DNA of 37,393 bases from an uncultured Bacteroidia bacterium (GTDB taxonomy: Bacteria; Bacteroidota; Bacteroidia; Bacteroidales; GCA-2748055): the NCBI GenBank assembly GCA_965364615.1, contig CBDTYO010000002.1:1-37393 (forward strand). Reading direction: 5' to 3'. The notes under the pieces were generated by a model. It was not told the origin of the DNA and ran no database searches. It saw only the letters and a list, made by a program, of their open reading frames with translations. A program made the translations under genes and the position numbers. Positions within the stretch are counted from its first letter, which is position 1; every line of letters starts with the position of its first letter. This document shows positions 18,098 through 27,044 of this stretch, piece after piece.

Positions 18098-18595
18098 ATG
18101 GCACAAAAGATCCTGATCGACCTGGAGAAACTCAGATCCATTGAGGGCACAAGCAGCGATCAAAGTCCCCCGGAAGGGTTCTGTGGATTCTCCATTGACG
18201 CCCGGGGCTTAAAAAGCATCCGCGAGCAGGCCGTATTCCGCTTTTCCTGCCGCAGGTGCTCCGATGCCCCCTGCATCGCTGTTTGCCCGGCCGAGGCCCT
18301 GGAGAAAGATGAAGAGGGATTCATTTCCCGCTCCACAAACCTTTGCATTGGTTGCAAATCCTGTGTTGTCATTTGTCCCTTCGGGACCATGATGAACGAT
18401 TTCTTTGAATACCACCGCAACAAGGAGAATTACTACGACCTGTCGGATGAGAAGGAACTGGATCTCTGGATCCGGTCTTCCCCCGAAGGAGCTGTCTCCC
18501 GGGTAGACATGGAGGAGGACCCGGAACAACATATCTACCAATTGAATGAGCATATCCTGGTGCGGGAACGCACATGGAATACTGATCACATGTAA
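18098..18595 (+). CDS. 2x[4Fe-4S] ferredoxin-like electron-transfer subunit (HycB/HydN-like)
   Basis: The motifs are CRRCSDAPCIAVCP and CIGCKSCVVICPFG. It starts 2 nt after the preceding gene. Confidence 0.75.
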   Translation: MAQKILIDLEKLRSIEGTSSDQSPPEGFCGFSIDARGLKSIREQAVFRFSCRRCSDAPCIAVCPAEALEKDEEGFISRSTNLCIGCKSCVVICPFGTMMNDFFEYHRNKENYYDLSDEKELDLWIRSSPEGAVSRVDMEEDPEQHIYQLNEHILVRERTWNTDHM

Positions 18596-18605
18596 ATATA
18601 CTCTT

Positions 18606-19538
18606 ATGGGAACAAGCCTTTTCTATTTCCTTGTATACCCCGGTTTTCTGTTCATGGCTGTGATAGGGGGACTGCTTTCCTGGTTCGACCGGAAAATCAC
18701 AGCCGGGGTGCAGTTTCGCAAAGGGCCTCCAGTTCTTCAGCCCTTTTATGATTTCTTTAAACTTTTGCTGGTGAAGGAGACCATCCTGCCGGCAAGGGGG
18801 GCCAAGGGTTTGTTCCTGGCTGCTCCGGTATTTGCTGTGTTTGGTGCCACCATGGCCGGGGTTTTTATCCTGCTGCCCCTGCTGAACATCACCACGGGAT
18901 TTCATGGGGATCTGATTGTGATTTTCTACCTGCTCACCATTCCTTCACTGACCTATGTCATCGGGGCCCTTTCCTCAGGAAACCCCCTGGCGGCCATAGG
19001 AGGATCCCGGGAAATGAAACTCATACTGAGTTATGAACTGACCTTTCTGCTGGTGCTGGTGGGCATCATCATCAAGTCTGACCAGAGCATTGATCTGTAC
19101 CAGATCATTCAAACGCAACATAACGGCACTCCCTTCATTGGAAGCATATCCGGGGTGCTGCTGTTTTTGGTGGCCATTTTCTGCCTGCAGGCAAAACTCG
19201 CCCTGGTACCCTTCGACATGCCCGAAGCGGAAACTGAGATCAGCGACGGCATATTCATTGAATACTCCGGCACTCCCTATGCCATGATCAAACTATCAAA
19301 GTACATCCTCTTTTTTGTGCTGCCTGCCTTTGTGGTGGCCCTGCTCATGAACGGGACCCGGCTGGAAGGCATTGGCATACTCTGGGCGGTGCTCAAGCTG
19401 GTGGCCGTGGTGCTGCTGCTGACCCTCATTCGGAATACCAATCCGAGGATCAAGATCAAGCAGGCGATTCGCTTCTTCTTTGTCTGGATGAATCTATTGG
19501 TGATTATTGCTATTGTTCTGGCAATCTTTGGTTTATAA
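18606..19538 (+). CDS. Membrane anchor subunit, NuoH / HycD / MbhM-like
   Basis: The motif is LSWFDRKITAGVQFRKGPP. It is multi-TM, with the conserved region ...LALVPFDMPEAETEISDGIFIEYSG. The ATG at 18606 is preferred over 18546, which overlaps the upstream gene. Confidence 0.85.
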   Translation: MGTSLFYFLVYPGFLFMAVIGGLLSWFDRKITAGVQFRKGPPVLQPFYDFFKLLLVKETILPARGAKGLFLAAPVFAVFGATMAGVFILLPLLNITTGFHGDLIVIFYLLTIPSLTYVIGALSSGNPLAAIGGSREMKLILSYELTFLLVLVGIIIKSDQSIDLYQIIQTQHNGTPFIGSISGVLLFLVAIFCLQAKLALVPFDMPEAETEISDGIFIEYSGTPYAMIKLSKYILFFVLPAFVVALLMNGTRLEGIGILWAVLKLVAVVLLLTLIRNTNPRIKIKQAIRFFFVWMNLLVIIAIVLAIFGL

Positions 19539-19548
19539 AAAAAAGAAC

Positions 19549-19962
19549 GTGGGATTTAAAAGCTTCTGTTTCAAGAAATCATTGTGGTTGTTTCACTTTG
19601 GAGGCGCCTCATGCAACAACTGTGATATTGAGATCCTGGATTGCCTGACACCCAGGTATGATGTGGAACGCTTCGGTATGCTGCTGGTGGGCAGTGTCAG
19701 GCATGCCGATGTCTTGCTGGTCAATGGCTCCATCAACAAGAAGGACAAACCCCGCCTCCTTGAAATCTATGAGCAGGCCCCAAAACCTGTGCTGGTGGTG
19801 GCCATTGGTGCCTGTGGTTGCACGGGGGGCATTTTTGCGGAAGGAGATACTTTTGCCGGACCGGTGGACCAAATCATCCCGGTGGATGCTTACATCCCGG
19901 GGTGTCCCCCCAAACCGGAGGCCATACTGGCCGGAGTTGTCAAACTAATGGGTAAAAACTAA
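19549..19962 (+). CDS. [NiFe]-hydrogenase small subunit, NuoB / HycG / MbhJ-like
   Basis: The motifs are SLWLFHFGGASCNNCDIE, AIGACGCTGG and YIPGCPPKPE, which supply the four Cys of the proximal [4Fe-4S]. The start is uncertain (GTG 19549 or TTG 19507), and no ATG is available. Confidence 0.85.
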   Translation: MGFKSFCFKKSLWLFHFGGASCNNCDIEILDCLTPRYDVERFGMLLVGSVRHADVLLVNGSINKKDKPRLLEIYEQAPKPVLVVAIGACGCTGGIFAEGDTFAGPVDQIIPVDAYIPGCPPKPEAILAGVVKLMGKN

Positions 19963-19967
19963 GGGCC

Positions 19968-20414
19968 ATGATGCTTGAAGAACTAAAAAAGACCTTCTCC
20001 AAAGAAATACTGGATTCAGAGTCGAGGAATGAACGCCGGGTCACCTTGTTCATCCAACCTTCCGCCCTGGTTGCCATGGCTGAACACCTGTATAAACAAC
20101 TTGGCTTCAGGTTTATCATAGCTTCGGCCCTTCACACCAAAAGGGGATTTGAGATCTTCTACCATTTCTCCTACGATAAAACCGGACTGATCCTGAATCT
20201 GCATGTGACCCTCGATCAGGCCAAGCCGGAGGTTGAATCCCTCTCAAACCTGTTCTCAGCCACCAATTGGATTGAAAGAGAAATGCATGAACTCTTCGGT
20301 ATAGACTTTTTGAATCATCCCAACCTGGAACAGTTGCTCTCAGACGGAAACTGGGCCCTGGGAGAATATCCCTACAGAAAGACATTCAAATCAAACGGGG
20401 AGGCCAAAACATGA
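19968..20414 (+). CDS. NuoC / MbhK-like hydrogenase subunit
   Basis: 148 aa. The motif is ...SATNWIEREMHELFGIDFLNHPNL, the NuoC/30-kDa-subunit signature. An ATGA overlap joins it to the large-subunit gene. Confidence 0.85.
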   Translation: MMLEELKKTFSKEILDSESRNERRVTLFIQPSALVAMAEHLYKQLGFRFIIASALHTKRGFEIFYHFSYDKTGLILNLHVTLDQAKPEVESLSNLFSATNWIEREMHELFGIDFLNHPNLEQLLSDGNWALGEYPYRKTFKSNGEAKT

Positions 20415-21604
20415 GCAAGCAAACATTGATACCCGTAGGGCCCTACCATCCTTTACAGGAGGAGCCCGAGCTATTCAAACTTTATTGCGACGGCGAGATT
20501 GTCAAGGATGTTAAATGGGAGACGGGCTATAACCACCGCGGCATTGAGAAACTGGCCGAGAAGAAAAGTTACGAAGAAGTTTTTTTCCTGGTGGAAAGGA
20601 TCTGTGGGATCTGCTCTACCTCCCATCCCTTCGCTTTTGCGAACAGCGTGGAAGAAATCGCAGGAGTGGAGATTCCTGATCGTGCCAAGTACATACGCTC
20701 CATCATCGGGGAACTGGAGCGCATCCACAGCCACCTGCTCTGGGTAGGTCTTGCCGGACATTTCCTGGGTTACAACACCGTCTTTATGTGGGCCTGGAAA
20801 TACCGCGAACCGGTCCTGGATCTGTTCGAGATGATCACCGGTAACCGGAACAGCTATGCCATGTTTAAGGTGGGCGGGGTCAGAAGGGATATCGAAAACC
20901 AGATGGTGCCGGCCATCGAAAAGGTGCTGGCACTGGTGAAGAAAAAAACAGACATGCTGGTGGGTGCTGTCATGGACGATCCCGTGATCCATGCCCGTAC
21001 CAAAGGGGTGGGGATCCTGACCCCGCAGGACATACTGGATTTTGCCGCCGTGGGACCCACCGCCCGGGCATCGGGGGTAGACATCGATGTGAGGCGCGAC
21101 GACCCTTATGCTGCCTATCCGCTGGTGAACTGGAAAGTCATCACTGCACAGGCCGGCGATGTATTTGCCAAGGCAGAGGTGCGTTTGCTGGAGATGTATG
21201 AATCCATTGCCATCATTGAACAATGCCTGACCGGATTAAAAAAGGAGAAAGAAGGCCAGGTGGAAGTGAAAGTGAAACACATCCCCGAAGGATATGGAAC
21301 GGGGCATGCAGAGGCCCCCAGGGGGGAAGTCTATCATTTTGTGGTATCAGATGGTTCCAATTCTCCGGCCCGCCACAAAATCAGGGCCCCAAGCTACACC
21401 AACATTGCCACCTTCAAGAAGTCCTGCGTGGGTCAGAGCATTTCTGATGCCACCATCTCCCTGGCAGCCGTGGACCCCTGTTATTGCTGCACCGAAAGGC
21501 TCGCAGTGGCTCTGGACCGGGCTTCGGGCAAACGGCTCATGAATGCCCGGGAGATCATCAAGCAGTCTGCCGAGCTAACCAACAAATTGCTTCAACAAGA
21601 ATAA
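20411..21604 (+). CDS. Group-4 [NiFe]-hydrogenase large (catalytic) subunit, NuoD / HycE / MbhL-like
   Basis: 397 aa. The N-terminal motif is ERICGICSTSH (Cys65/Cys68) and the C-terminal motif is DPCYCCTER (21473-21499). A 34-aa tail follows the C-terminal motif. Confidence 0.9.
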   Translation: MSKQTLIPVGPYHPLQEEPELFKLYCDGEIVKDVKWETGYNHRGIEKLAEKKSYEEVFFLVERICGICSTSHPFAFANSVEEIAGVEIPDRAKYIRSIIGELERIHSHLLWVGLAGHFLGYNTVFMWAWKYREPVLDLFEMITGNRNSYAMFKVGGVRRDIENQMVPAIEKVLALVKKKTDMLVGAVMDDPVIHARTKGVGILTPQDILDFAAVGPTARASGVDIDVRRDDPYAAYPLVNWKVITAQAGDVFAKAEVRLLEMYESIAIIEQCLTGLKKEKEGQVEVKVKHIPEGYGTGHAEAPRGEVYHFVVSDGSNSPARHKIRAPSYTNIATFKKSCVGQSISDATISLAAVDPCYCCTERLAVALDRASGKRLMNAREIIKQSAELTNKLLQQE

Positions 21605-21607
21605 ACC

Positions 21608-23434
21608 ATGATCATGACCCAGGCCATACAAATCATTGCCGTTCCCGTATTAATGGGCATCCTGTTGTTCCTGCTGCCGTCCGCACTGAGAGTGATTAAA
21701 GCCTTCATTGCCATGGGTGTGGTTCTTTTCACGGGATATCTGGCCCTGAGCCTGTTCGGATCAGAAGACCTGGTATTCTCCCCTGATTACTGGACCCTAA
21801 CAGATAAATACTGTTCCTTCTCCCTGGATGGATTAAGCAGGCTCATCCTCCTTTTTATGGGTTTTATTTCCCTGGTGGTTGTGATCTATTCTCTGGGTTA
21901 CAAAGGGGCAGCGGGCATGCGGAATTTCCATGCCTGGTTCCTGATTACCCTGGGATTTTCCTTTGGTGCCGTACTGGCCAACAACCTGCTGCTATTCCTG
22001 ATCTGCTGGGGGATCCTGGGAATTTCGCTCTACCAGCTGGTGCACGGAAAAGATGAAAGAAGCAGTGCAGCGGCCAAGAAGACCCTGGTGTTGATCGGAG
22101 CCTCAGACGGGATCATGATCCTGGGGATTGCCATTCTCTGGAGGGTCACCGGGACCCTGAATATGAATGAGATAACGCTTCCAACCAGCGATCTGGTCCG
22201 GACCGTGGCCTGCCTCTCCCTGCTGGTGGGGAGCTTCACCAAGGCAGGAGCCTTCCCTTTTCACACCTGGGTGCCCGATTATGCCGAGACAGCCCCTGCC
22301 ACTTCCTCGGCCTTCCTTCCCGCCTCTCTGGACAAGCTCCTGGGCATTTATTTCCTGGCCAGGATCACCACCCAGCTTTTTGTGATGAGTGATTGGATGA
22401 GATTTGTGTTGCTGAGCATCGGGGTTGTGACCATCATTACCGCGGTTTTGATGGCCCTGGTACAACACAATTACAAACGATTGCTTGGCTTTCACGCAGT
22501 CTCCCAGGTGGGTTATATGGTAGTGGGATTCGGATTGGGGTCCATGTTGGGCGTCGCAGCCGGCCTGTTTCACATGATCAACAATGCCATTTACAAAGGG
22601 GGTTTATTTCTTTCAGTCGGTGCAGTGAAGCACCAAACGGGCAAGGAGGACATGGAAGATCTGGGCGGATTATCCAGGGCCATGCCCCTCACTTTCTTTG
22701 CCACCCTGGTATTTGCCCTGTCCATCTCGGGGATCCCGCCATTCAATGGTTTTGCATCCAAATGGATGATATATCAGGGCATCATTGATTTCGGTCAGGG
22801 TTCCGGCATCTCCAACCAGCTCTGGATGGTGTGGCTCGGACTGGCAGTCCTGGGCTCAGCCCTTACCCTGGCCAGCTTCATCAAGTTTACGGGGGGCATT
22901 TTCCTGGGACGCCAGTTAAAACCAGGTTCCAAGATCAAAGAGGTGGGTGCCCTGATGTGGGTCCCCATGATGATCCTTGCCCTGATTTGTATCGGGTTTG
23001 GGGCATTTTCCACCAAGCTGGTGGTTCCCCGTTTATTCATGCCTGTGACAGGTACATTTGAATTTACAGGGACCTGGGCCTCAGGCACAGTAAGCATCCT
23101 GGTCCTGGTATCCATTGTCCTGGGACTGTTGATTTACCTGCTGGGCAATGCGAAAAATTTCCGCACCTCCGATAGTTTTGTGGGTGGGGAAAAGATCCAG
23201 GACCAAACTTCTTATTCCACCCTGGAGTTTTATAAGAGCCTGCAGGAATTCCCCTGGTTGGGCCGCATGTTTCAAAGAGCCAAAGAGGGATGGTTTGATC
23301 TCTACCAGCTGGGCAGGCAATTTATTTCCTGGCTTGGGGCCATTTTCAGCCGCTTACATACCGGAGTTTTACACGACTATGCGCTATGGGTGTTTGCAGG
23401 TGTTGTGATCCTTTTGTTGTTGCTAATCACCTAA
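21608..23434 (+). CDS. Antiporter-like subunit, MrpA N-terminal / NuoL / MbhH-like
   Basis: 608 aa, multi-TM. Motifs are FHTWVPDYAETAPATSSAFL, HMINNAIYKGGLFLSVGAV and GIPPFNGFASKW, the proton-conducting Mrp/Nuo L/M/N signature. Confidence 0.85.
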   Translation: MIMTQAIQIIAVPVLMGILLFLLPSALRVIKAFIAMGVVLFTGYLALSLFGSEDLVFSPDYWTLTDKYCSFSLDGLSRLILLFMGFISLVVVIYSLGYKGAAGMRNFHAWFLITLGFSFGAVLANNLLLFLICWGILGISLYQLVHGKDERSSAAAKKTLVLIGASDGIMILGIAILWRVTGTLNMNEITLPTSDLVRTVACLSLLVGSFTKAGAFPFHTWVPDYAETAPATSSAFLPASLDKLLGIYFLARITTQLFVMSDWMRFVLLSIGVVTIITAVLMALVQHNYKRLLGFHAVSQVGYMVVGFGLGSMLGVAAGLFHMINNAIYKGGLFLSVGAVKHQTGKEDMEDLGGLSRAMPLTFFATLVFALSISGIPPFNGFASKWMIYQGIIDFGQGSGISNQLWMVWLGLAVLGSALTLASFIKFTGGIFLGRQLKPGSKIKEVGALMWVPMMILALICIGFGAFSTKLVVPRLFMPVTGTFEFTGTWASGTVSILVLVSIVLGLLIYLLGNAKNFRTSDSFVGGEKIQDQTSYSTLEFYKSLQEFPWLGRMFQRAKEGWFDLYQLGRQFISWLGAIFSRLHTGVLHDYALWVFAGVVILLLLLIT

Positions 23435-23446
23435 TCTGATCAAAAC

Positions 23447-23980
23447 ATGGAATTAACAATTTCCATCATACTGGGATTTATGATCATCGGAGCGATCTAT
23501 GCCTTACACGCAAAAGATCTCCTTTCGGCCGTGGTAGCCATGGGCATCGTAGGCTACGGACTGGTGATCTGCTTCTTATTGCTGAAAGCCCCGGACCTGG
23601 CCATCGTTCAGATTGTGGTTGAAACCATTACCCTGGTGATCATGGTGGCAGTGGTGCTGGACAGTACCCGAAAGGAATTGGAAGTGCCCTTCGACCGTAA
23701 ATCATTGCTCAACACCATTGCGGGATTTGTGGTGTTTGCCGGCTTGTTCTACTTTTTTCTGAATGCCATTGAAAGTCTCGATCCCCTGGGAATGCATTCG
23801 CTCAGAATGGCAGAACCCTATGTAACCGGTGCCGTGGAAAGCACGGGCAGCATCAACCTGGTCACGGGTGTTTTATTCGACTTCAGGGCCTATGATACAC
23901 TGGGAGAAGCCGTCATCCTCTATACTGCCGCGCTGGGAGCCCTTACCCTGCTTAGAATGAAAGGAAAAAAAACAGACTGA
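23447..23980 (+). CDS. MrpA C-terminal-like subunit (DUF4040 plus MnhB-type domain; MbhD/E equivalent)
   Basis: 177 aa with 5-6 TM segments. The C-terminal motif is NLVTGVLFDFRAYDTLGEAVIL, the MnhB-domain signature. Confidence 0.7.
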   Translation: MELTISIILGFMIIGAIYALHAKDLLSAVVAMGIVGYGLVICFLLLKAPDLAIVQIVVETITLVIMVAVVLDSTRKELEVPFDRKSLLNTIAGFVVFAGLFYFFLNAIESLDPLGMHSLRMAEPYVTGAVESTGSINLVTGVLFDFRAYDTLGEAVILYTAALGALTLLRMKGKKTD

Positions 23981-23981
23981 T

Positions 23982-24419
23982 ATGGAAGGAATGTCCACAA
24001 TTGTCAAAAAGGTCAGCCAACTGGTGGCGGGACTCATTTTCATGTACGGGATATATATCATTCTGCATGGACACCTGACCCCGGGAGGAGGATTTGCCGG
24101 CGGGGCCATCATTGCAGGAGCATTTATTCTGCTGATCCTGGCCTTTGGAAGCAGTGCCCTGAATCTGAAGAAAGAGGTGGTGGGCTCCTCCGCTACTGAG
24201 AGTCTGGCCATCCTGATGGTGGTGATCCTGGCTGTGATGTCCCTGTTGCTGGGACTCAAGGTATTCTTCACCAACTTCCTTCCCAAGGGGGAGCCTGGAG
24301 AGCTGCTGAGCGCAGGAGTGATCCCCCTCTACAATATTTTCATCGGCATCGAAGTGGCCGGGGCCATCCTGACCATATTCCTTGCCCTGGTCATCTTTAA
24401 AGAGGAGAGCACAAAATGA
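23982..24419 (+). CDS. mrpB: Na+/H+ antiporter subunit B (MrpB/MnhB, MbhF-like)
   Basis: The motif is ILHGHLTPGGGFAGGAIIAGAF. It is 145 aa with 4 TM segments and starts 2 nt after the preceding gene. Confidence 0.8.
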   Translation: MEGMSTIVKKVSQLVAGLIFMYGIYIILHGHLTPGGGFAGGAIIAGAFILLILAFGSSALNLKKEVVGSSATESLAILMVVILAVMSLLLGLKVFFTNFLPKGEPGELLSAGVIPLYNIFIGIEVAGAILTIFLALVIFKEESTK

Positions 24420-24754
24420 TTGTCTATGTACTTTGTTTCGTTCTTTTTCTGGTGGGCCTCTATGGGGTGATCACCCGGAGAAACCTGATCAAGATTGCCA
24501 TATCGCTTTCTATCATGGAGTTCAGCATTTTCCTGATTCTTGTGCTGATCGGCTATATTGATCAGGGCCTGGCTCCCATTGTCGAACCCGGATCCGGAAC
24601 GCAGGTATATGTGGATCCACTGCCCCAGGCCATGGTGCTCACCGCCATTGTGATCGGTCTGGCTACCACCGCCATGCTCATGGCCATTGCCATCAGGCTC
24701 TACCGCAAGTATAAGACCTTTGACATTCGTGAAATTAAAAACCTAAGAGGATAA
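24416..24754 (+). CDS. mrpC: Na+/H+ antiporter subunit C (MrpC/MnhC, NuoK-like)
   Basis: 112 aa with 3 TM segments. The motif is GLYGVITRRNLIKIAISLSIME. It has an ATGA overlap with the preceding gene. Confidence 0.8.
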   Translation: MIVYVLCFVLFLVGLYGVITRRNLIKIAISLSIMEFSIFLILVLIGYIDQGLAPIVEPGSGTQVYVDPLPQAMVLTAIVIGLATTAMLMAIAIRLYRKYKTFDIREIKNLRG

Positions 24755-24757
24755 GAG

Positions 24758-26293
24758 ATGGATGCACTGATTCCCCTGTTCGTTGCCATACCCCTGTTGG
24801 TTGCCTTCCTGATCATCCTGCTCAGTAAGCTGGTCAGGGGAATTCACAGGTTCCTGGCACCATTGACCCTGCTGGCGCTCCTGCTTATGGCTGTTTTTGA
24901 ATTTACCGGTCTGGGAGGTATTTCCCGCACCTATGCCATGGGTGGATGGACCGCAGATGGCGGATTCCCTGTGGGAATATTCCTGGTGCTGGACGGATTT
25001 TCAGTGCTTATGCTTTGCATCATCAACCTCATCGGACTGGTGGCCCTGTTTTACTCGCTGTCCTATATGGCCAAATATACCGCTGAGGCCAATTATTACG
25101 CCCTGTTTTGCCTGATTGTGGCCGGAATGAACGGGGTGGTGCTCAGTGGCGATCTTTTCAACTTGTTTGTCTTCCTGGAAGTGTCGGTCATTGCTTCCTA
25201 TGCGCTTGTGGCTTTCGGCGTAGGGAAAACCGAATTGGAAGCCTCCTTCAAATACCAGGTGCTCGGGGGCCTTGCTTCTATGCTGATCCTGCTGGCCATC
25301 GGATTGATTTACTGGAAATCCAAAACACTAAACCTGGCCGATGTGCGAAATGTATTGGATGAAGGATATAGCCGGGCATTTTATGTGTTTGTGCAGGTAT
25401 TGCTTATTGCAGGATTTGGCCTGAAAGCAGCCATCATCCCCTTTCATGCATGGCTGCCCGACGCCCACTCTTCAGCGCCTTCCCCCATTTCTGCCATGCT
25501 GTCCGGGGTCCTGATCAAAGCAGTGGGCATCTATGTGCTGATCCGCCTGTTCTTCAATCTGTTTGTATTCAGCCATGAAATTGCCCTGGTTTTGACTTCG
25601 CTGGGAGCCATATCCATGGTGGTGGGATCGTTGCTGGCCATCATGCAATGGGATGTGAAAAGATTGCTGGCCTATTCCAGCATCAGTCAGATTGGATACG
25701 TGGTCATGGCCTTTGGAATGGGTATTCTTCTCCTGATGAAAGGGGACCAGGAAGCTGCTGCCATCCTGGCCATAGGCGGAGGTATCTACCACATGATCAA
25801 CCATGCCGTTTTCAAAGGACTGCTGTTCCTCAATGCCGGATCCCTGGAATACAGGCTGGATACCCGAAACCTGAAAGAGATGGGAGGGCTCTCAAAGGCC
25901 ATGCCGGTGACCTCCACCACCTCATTCATGGCGTCCATGTCCATCTCAGGAATCCCGCCCTTCAATGGTTTCTTCAGCAAACTCATCATCATCGTGGCAG
26001 CCATCAACGGGCGATTCTACCTGCTGGCCACCCTGGCTGTGGTGGTGAGCATCATCACCCTGGGTTACTTCCTGAAATTCCAGCGCTTTGCCTTCTTCAA
26101 CAAAGCCGGTAAGGCTGTGGAAAAAATTAAGGAAGTTCCCTTGGCCATGTCATTGAGCATGATATTTCTGGCCATCCTGTGCGTGGGATTGAGCCTGCTG
26201 GCCATTCCGTCCGTCAGCGACACTGTGCTGCGCCCGGCCATTGATGTACTGATTCAACCCGAACTCTATTCAACAACAATTATTGGAATTTGA
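24758..26293 (+). CDS. mrpD: Na+/H+ antiporter subunit D (MrpD/MnhD, NuoM/N-like)
   Basis: 511 aa. Motifs are FHAWLPDAHSSAPSPISAMLSG, HMINHAVFKGLLFLNAG and GIPPFNGFFSK. Confidence 0.85.
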   Translation: MDALIPLFVAIPLLVAFLIILLSKLVRGIHRFLAPLTLLALLLMAVFEFTGLGGISRTYAMGGWTADGGFPVGIFLVLDGFSVLMLCIINLIGLVALFYSLSYMAKYTAEANYYALFCLIVAGMNGVVLSGDLFNLFVFLEVSVIASYALVAFGVGKTELEASFKYQVLGGLASMLILLAIGLIYWKSKTLNLADVRNVLDEGYSRAFYVFVQVLLIAGFGLKAAIIPFHAWLPDAHSSAPSPISAMLSGVLIKAVGIYVLIRLFFNLFVFSHEIALVLTSLGAISMVVGSLLAIMQWDVKRLLAYSSISQIGYVVMAFGMGILLLMKGDQEAAAILAIGGGIYHMINHAVFKGLLFLNAGSLEYRLDTRNLKEMGGLSKAMPVTSTTSFMASMSISGIPPFNGFFSKLIIIVAAINGRFYLLATLAVVVSIITLGYFLKFQRFAFFNKAGKAVEKIKEVPLAMSLSMIFLAILCVGLSLLAIPSVSDTVLRPAIDVLIQPELYSTTIIGI

Positions 26294-26294
26294 T

Positions 26295-26780
26295 ATGAGA
26301 TACCTGGCACTGTTCCTACTGACCTTTGTATTCTGGTTGCTTCTGACCTTCGATCTTTCGGTGCCCAACCTGATCGCCGGCGGAGCGGCTGCCCTGGTCA
26401 CCTCTCTCTTGTTTACCAAGTACTTTTTCCACAAGGTGGCAAAATTCATACAACCGGTCCGCTACTTCTGGCTGCTGGTCTACCTGGTCATTTTTACCTG
26501 GGAGTGCATCAAGGCCAACTTTGACGTGGCCTATCGGGTATTGCATCCAGCCATGCCTATCAAGCCCGGAATTGTCAAGGTACACCTGGAACTGAAATCA
26601 GACTTTGCCAGAACCATGTTGGCCAATTCCATCACCATGACCCCGGGCACCATTTCGGTGGACATCATCGATGACGTGCTCTTCGTACACTGGATCTATG
26701 TAAGATCGGAAGATCCGGAAGTCTATAGCCGGAGAATTGCAGGAAAATTCGAAAAATACATTAAAAAGATCTTTGAATGA
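26295..26780 (+). CDS. mrpE: Na+/H+ antiporter subunit E (MrpE/MnhE)
   Basis: It has two N-terminal TM segments, then ANFDVAYRVLHPAMPIKPGIV...MLANSITMTPGT. The ATG at 26295 is preferred over the TTG at 26283. Confidence 0.8.
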   Translation: MRYLALFLLTFVFWLLLTFDLSVPNLIAGGAAALVTSLLFTKYFFHKVAKFIQPVRYFWLLVYLVIFTWECIKANFDVAYRVLHPAMPIKPGIVKVHLELKSDFARTMLANSITMTPGTISVDIIDDVLFVHWIYVRSEDPEVYSRRIAGKFEKYIKKIFE

Positions 26781-27043
26781 TGGACATGCTTGCTATTCTA
26801 CTATACATCCAGATGGCCCTGGCCGTTTTTTGCTTATACAGGGTCATTCGCGGACCTTCCATTGCAGATCGCATGGTGGGCATTGATATTTTCGGGATAC
26901 TGGTGGTGGGCATCTGTGCCATCCTGGCCATTGAGACCCAGCGTACATTCATCCTCGATATCGGGATCGCCTGGATCATACTCAGTTTCATAGGAACCCT
27001 AACCCTCGCCAAATACCTGAGCGGTAAAAAATTAAACGAATAA
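26777..27043 (+). CDS. mrpF: Monovalent cation/H+ antiporter subunit F (MrpF/MnhF)
   Basis: 88 aa with 3 TM segments. The motif is YRVIRGPSIADRMVGIDIFG. It has an ATGA overlap with the preceding gene. Confidence 0.8.
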   Translation: MMDMLAILLYIQMALAVFCLYRVIRGPSIADRMVGIDIFGILVVGICAILAIETQRTFILDIGIAWIILSFIGTLTLAKYLSGKKLNE

Positions 27044-27044
27044 A

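Noticed and set aside
17257-18150. 297-aa ORF antisense to the HydG/AsrB-like gene
   Set aside because: It is a shadow ORF of a motif-rich plus-strand gene within a tightly coupled operon, and it has no recognisable domain.
20471-21223. 250-aa ORF antisense to the hydrogenase large subunit
   Set aside because: It is a shadow ORF. The plus-strand frame carries both Ni-Fe binding motifs.
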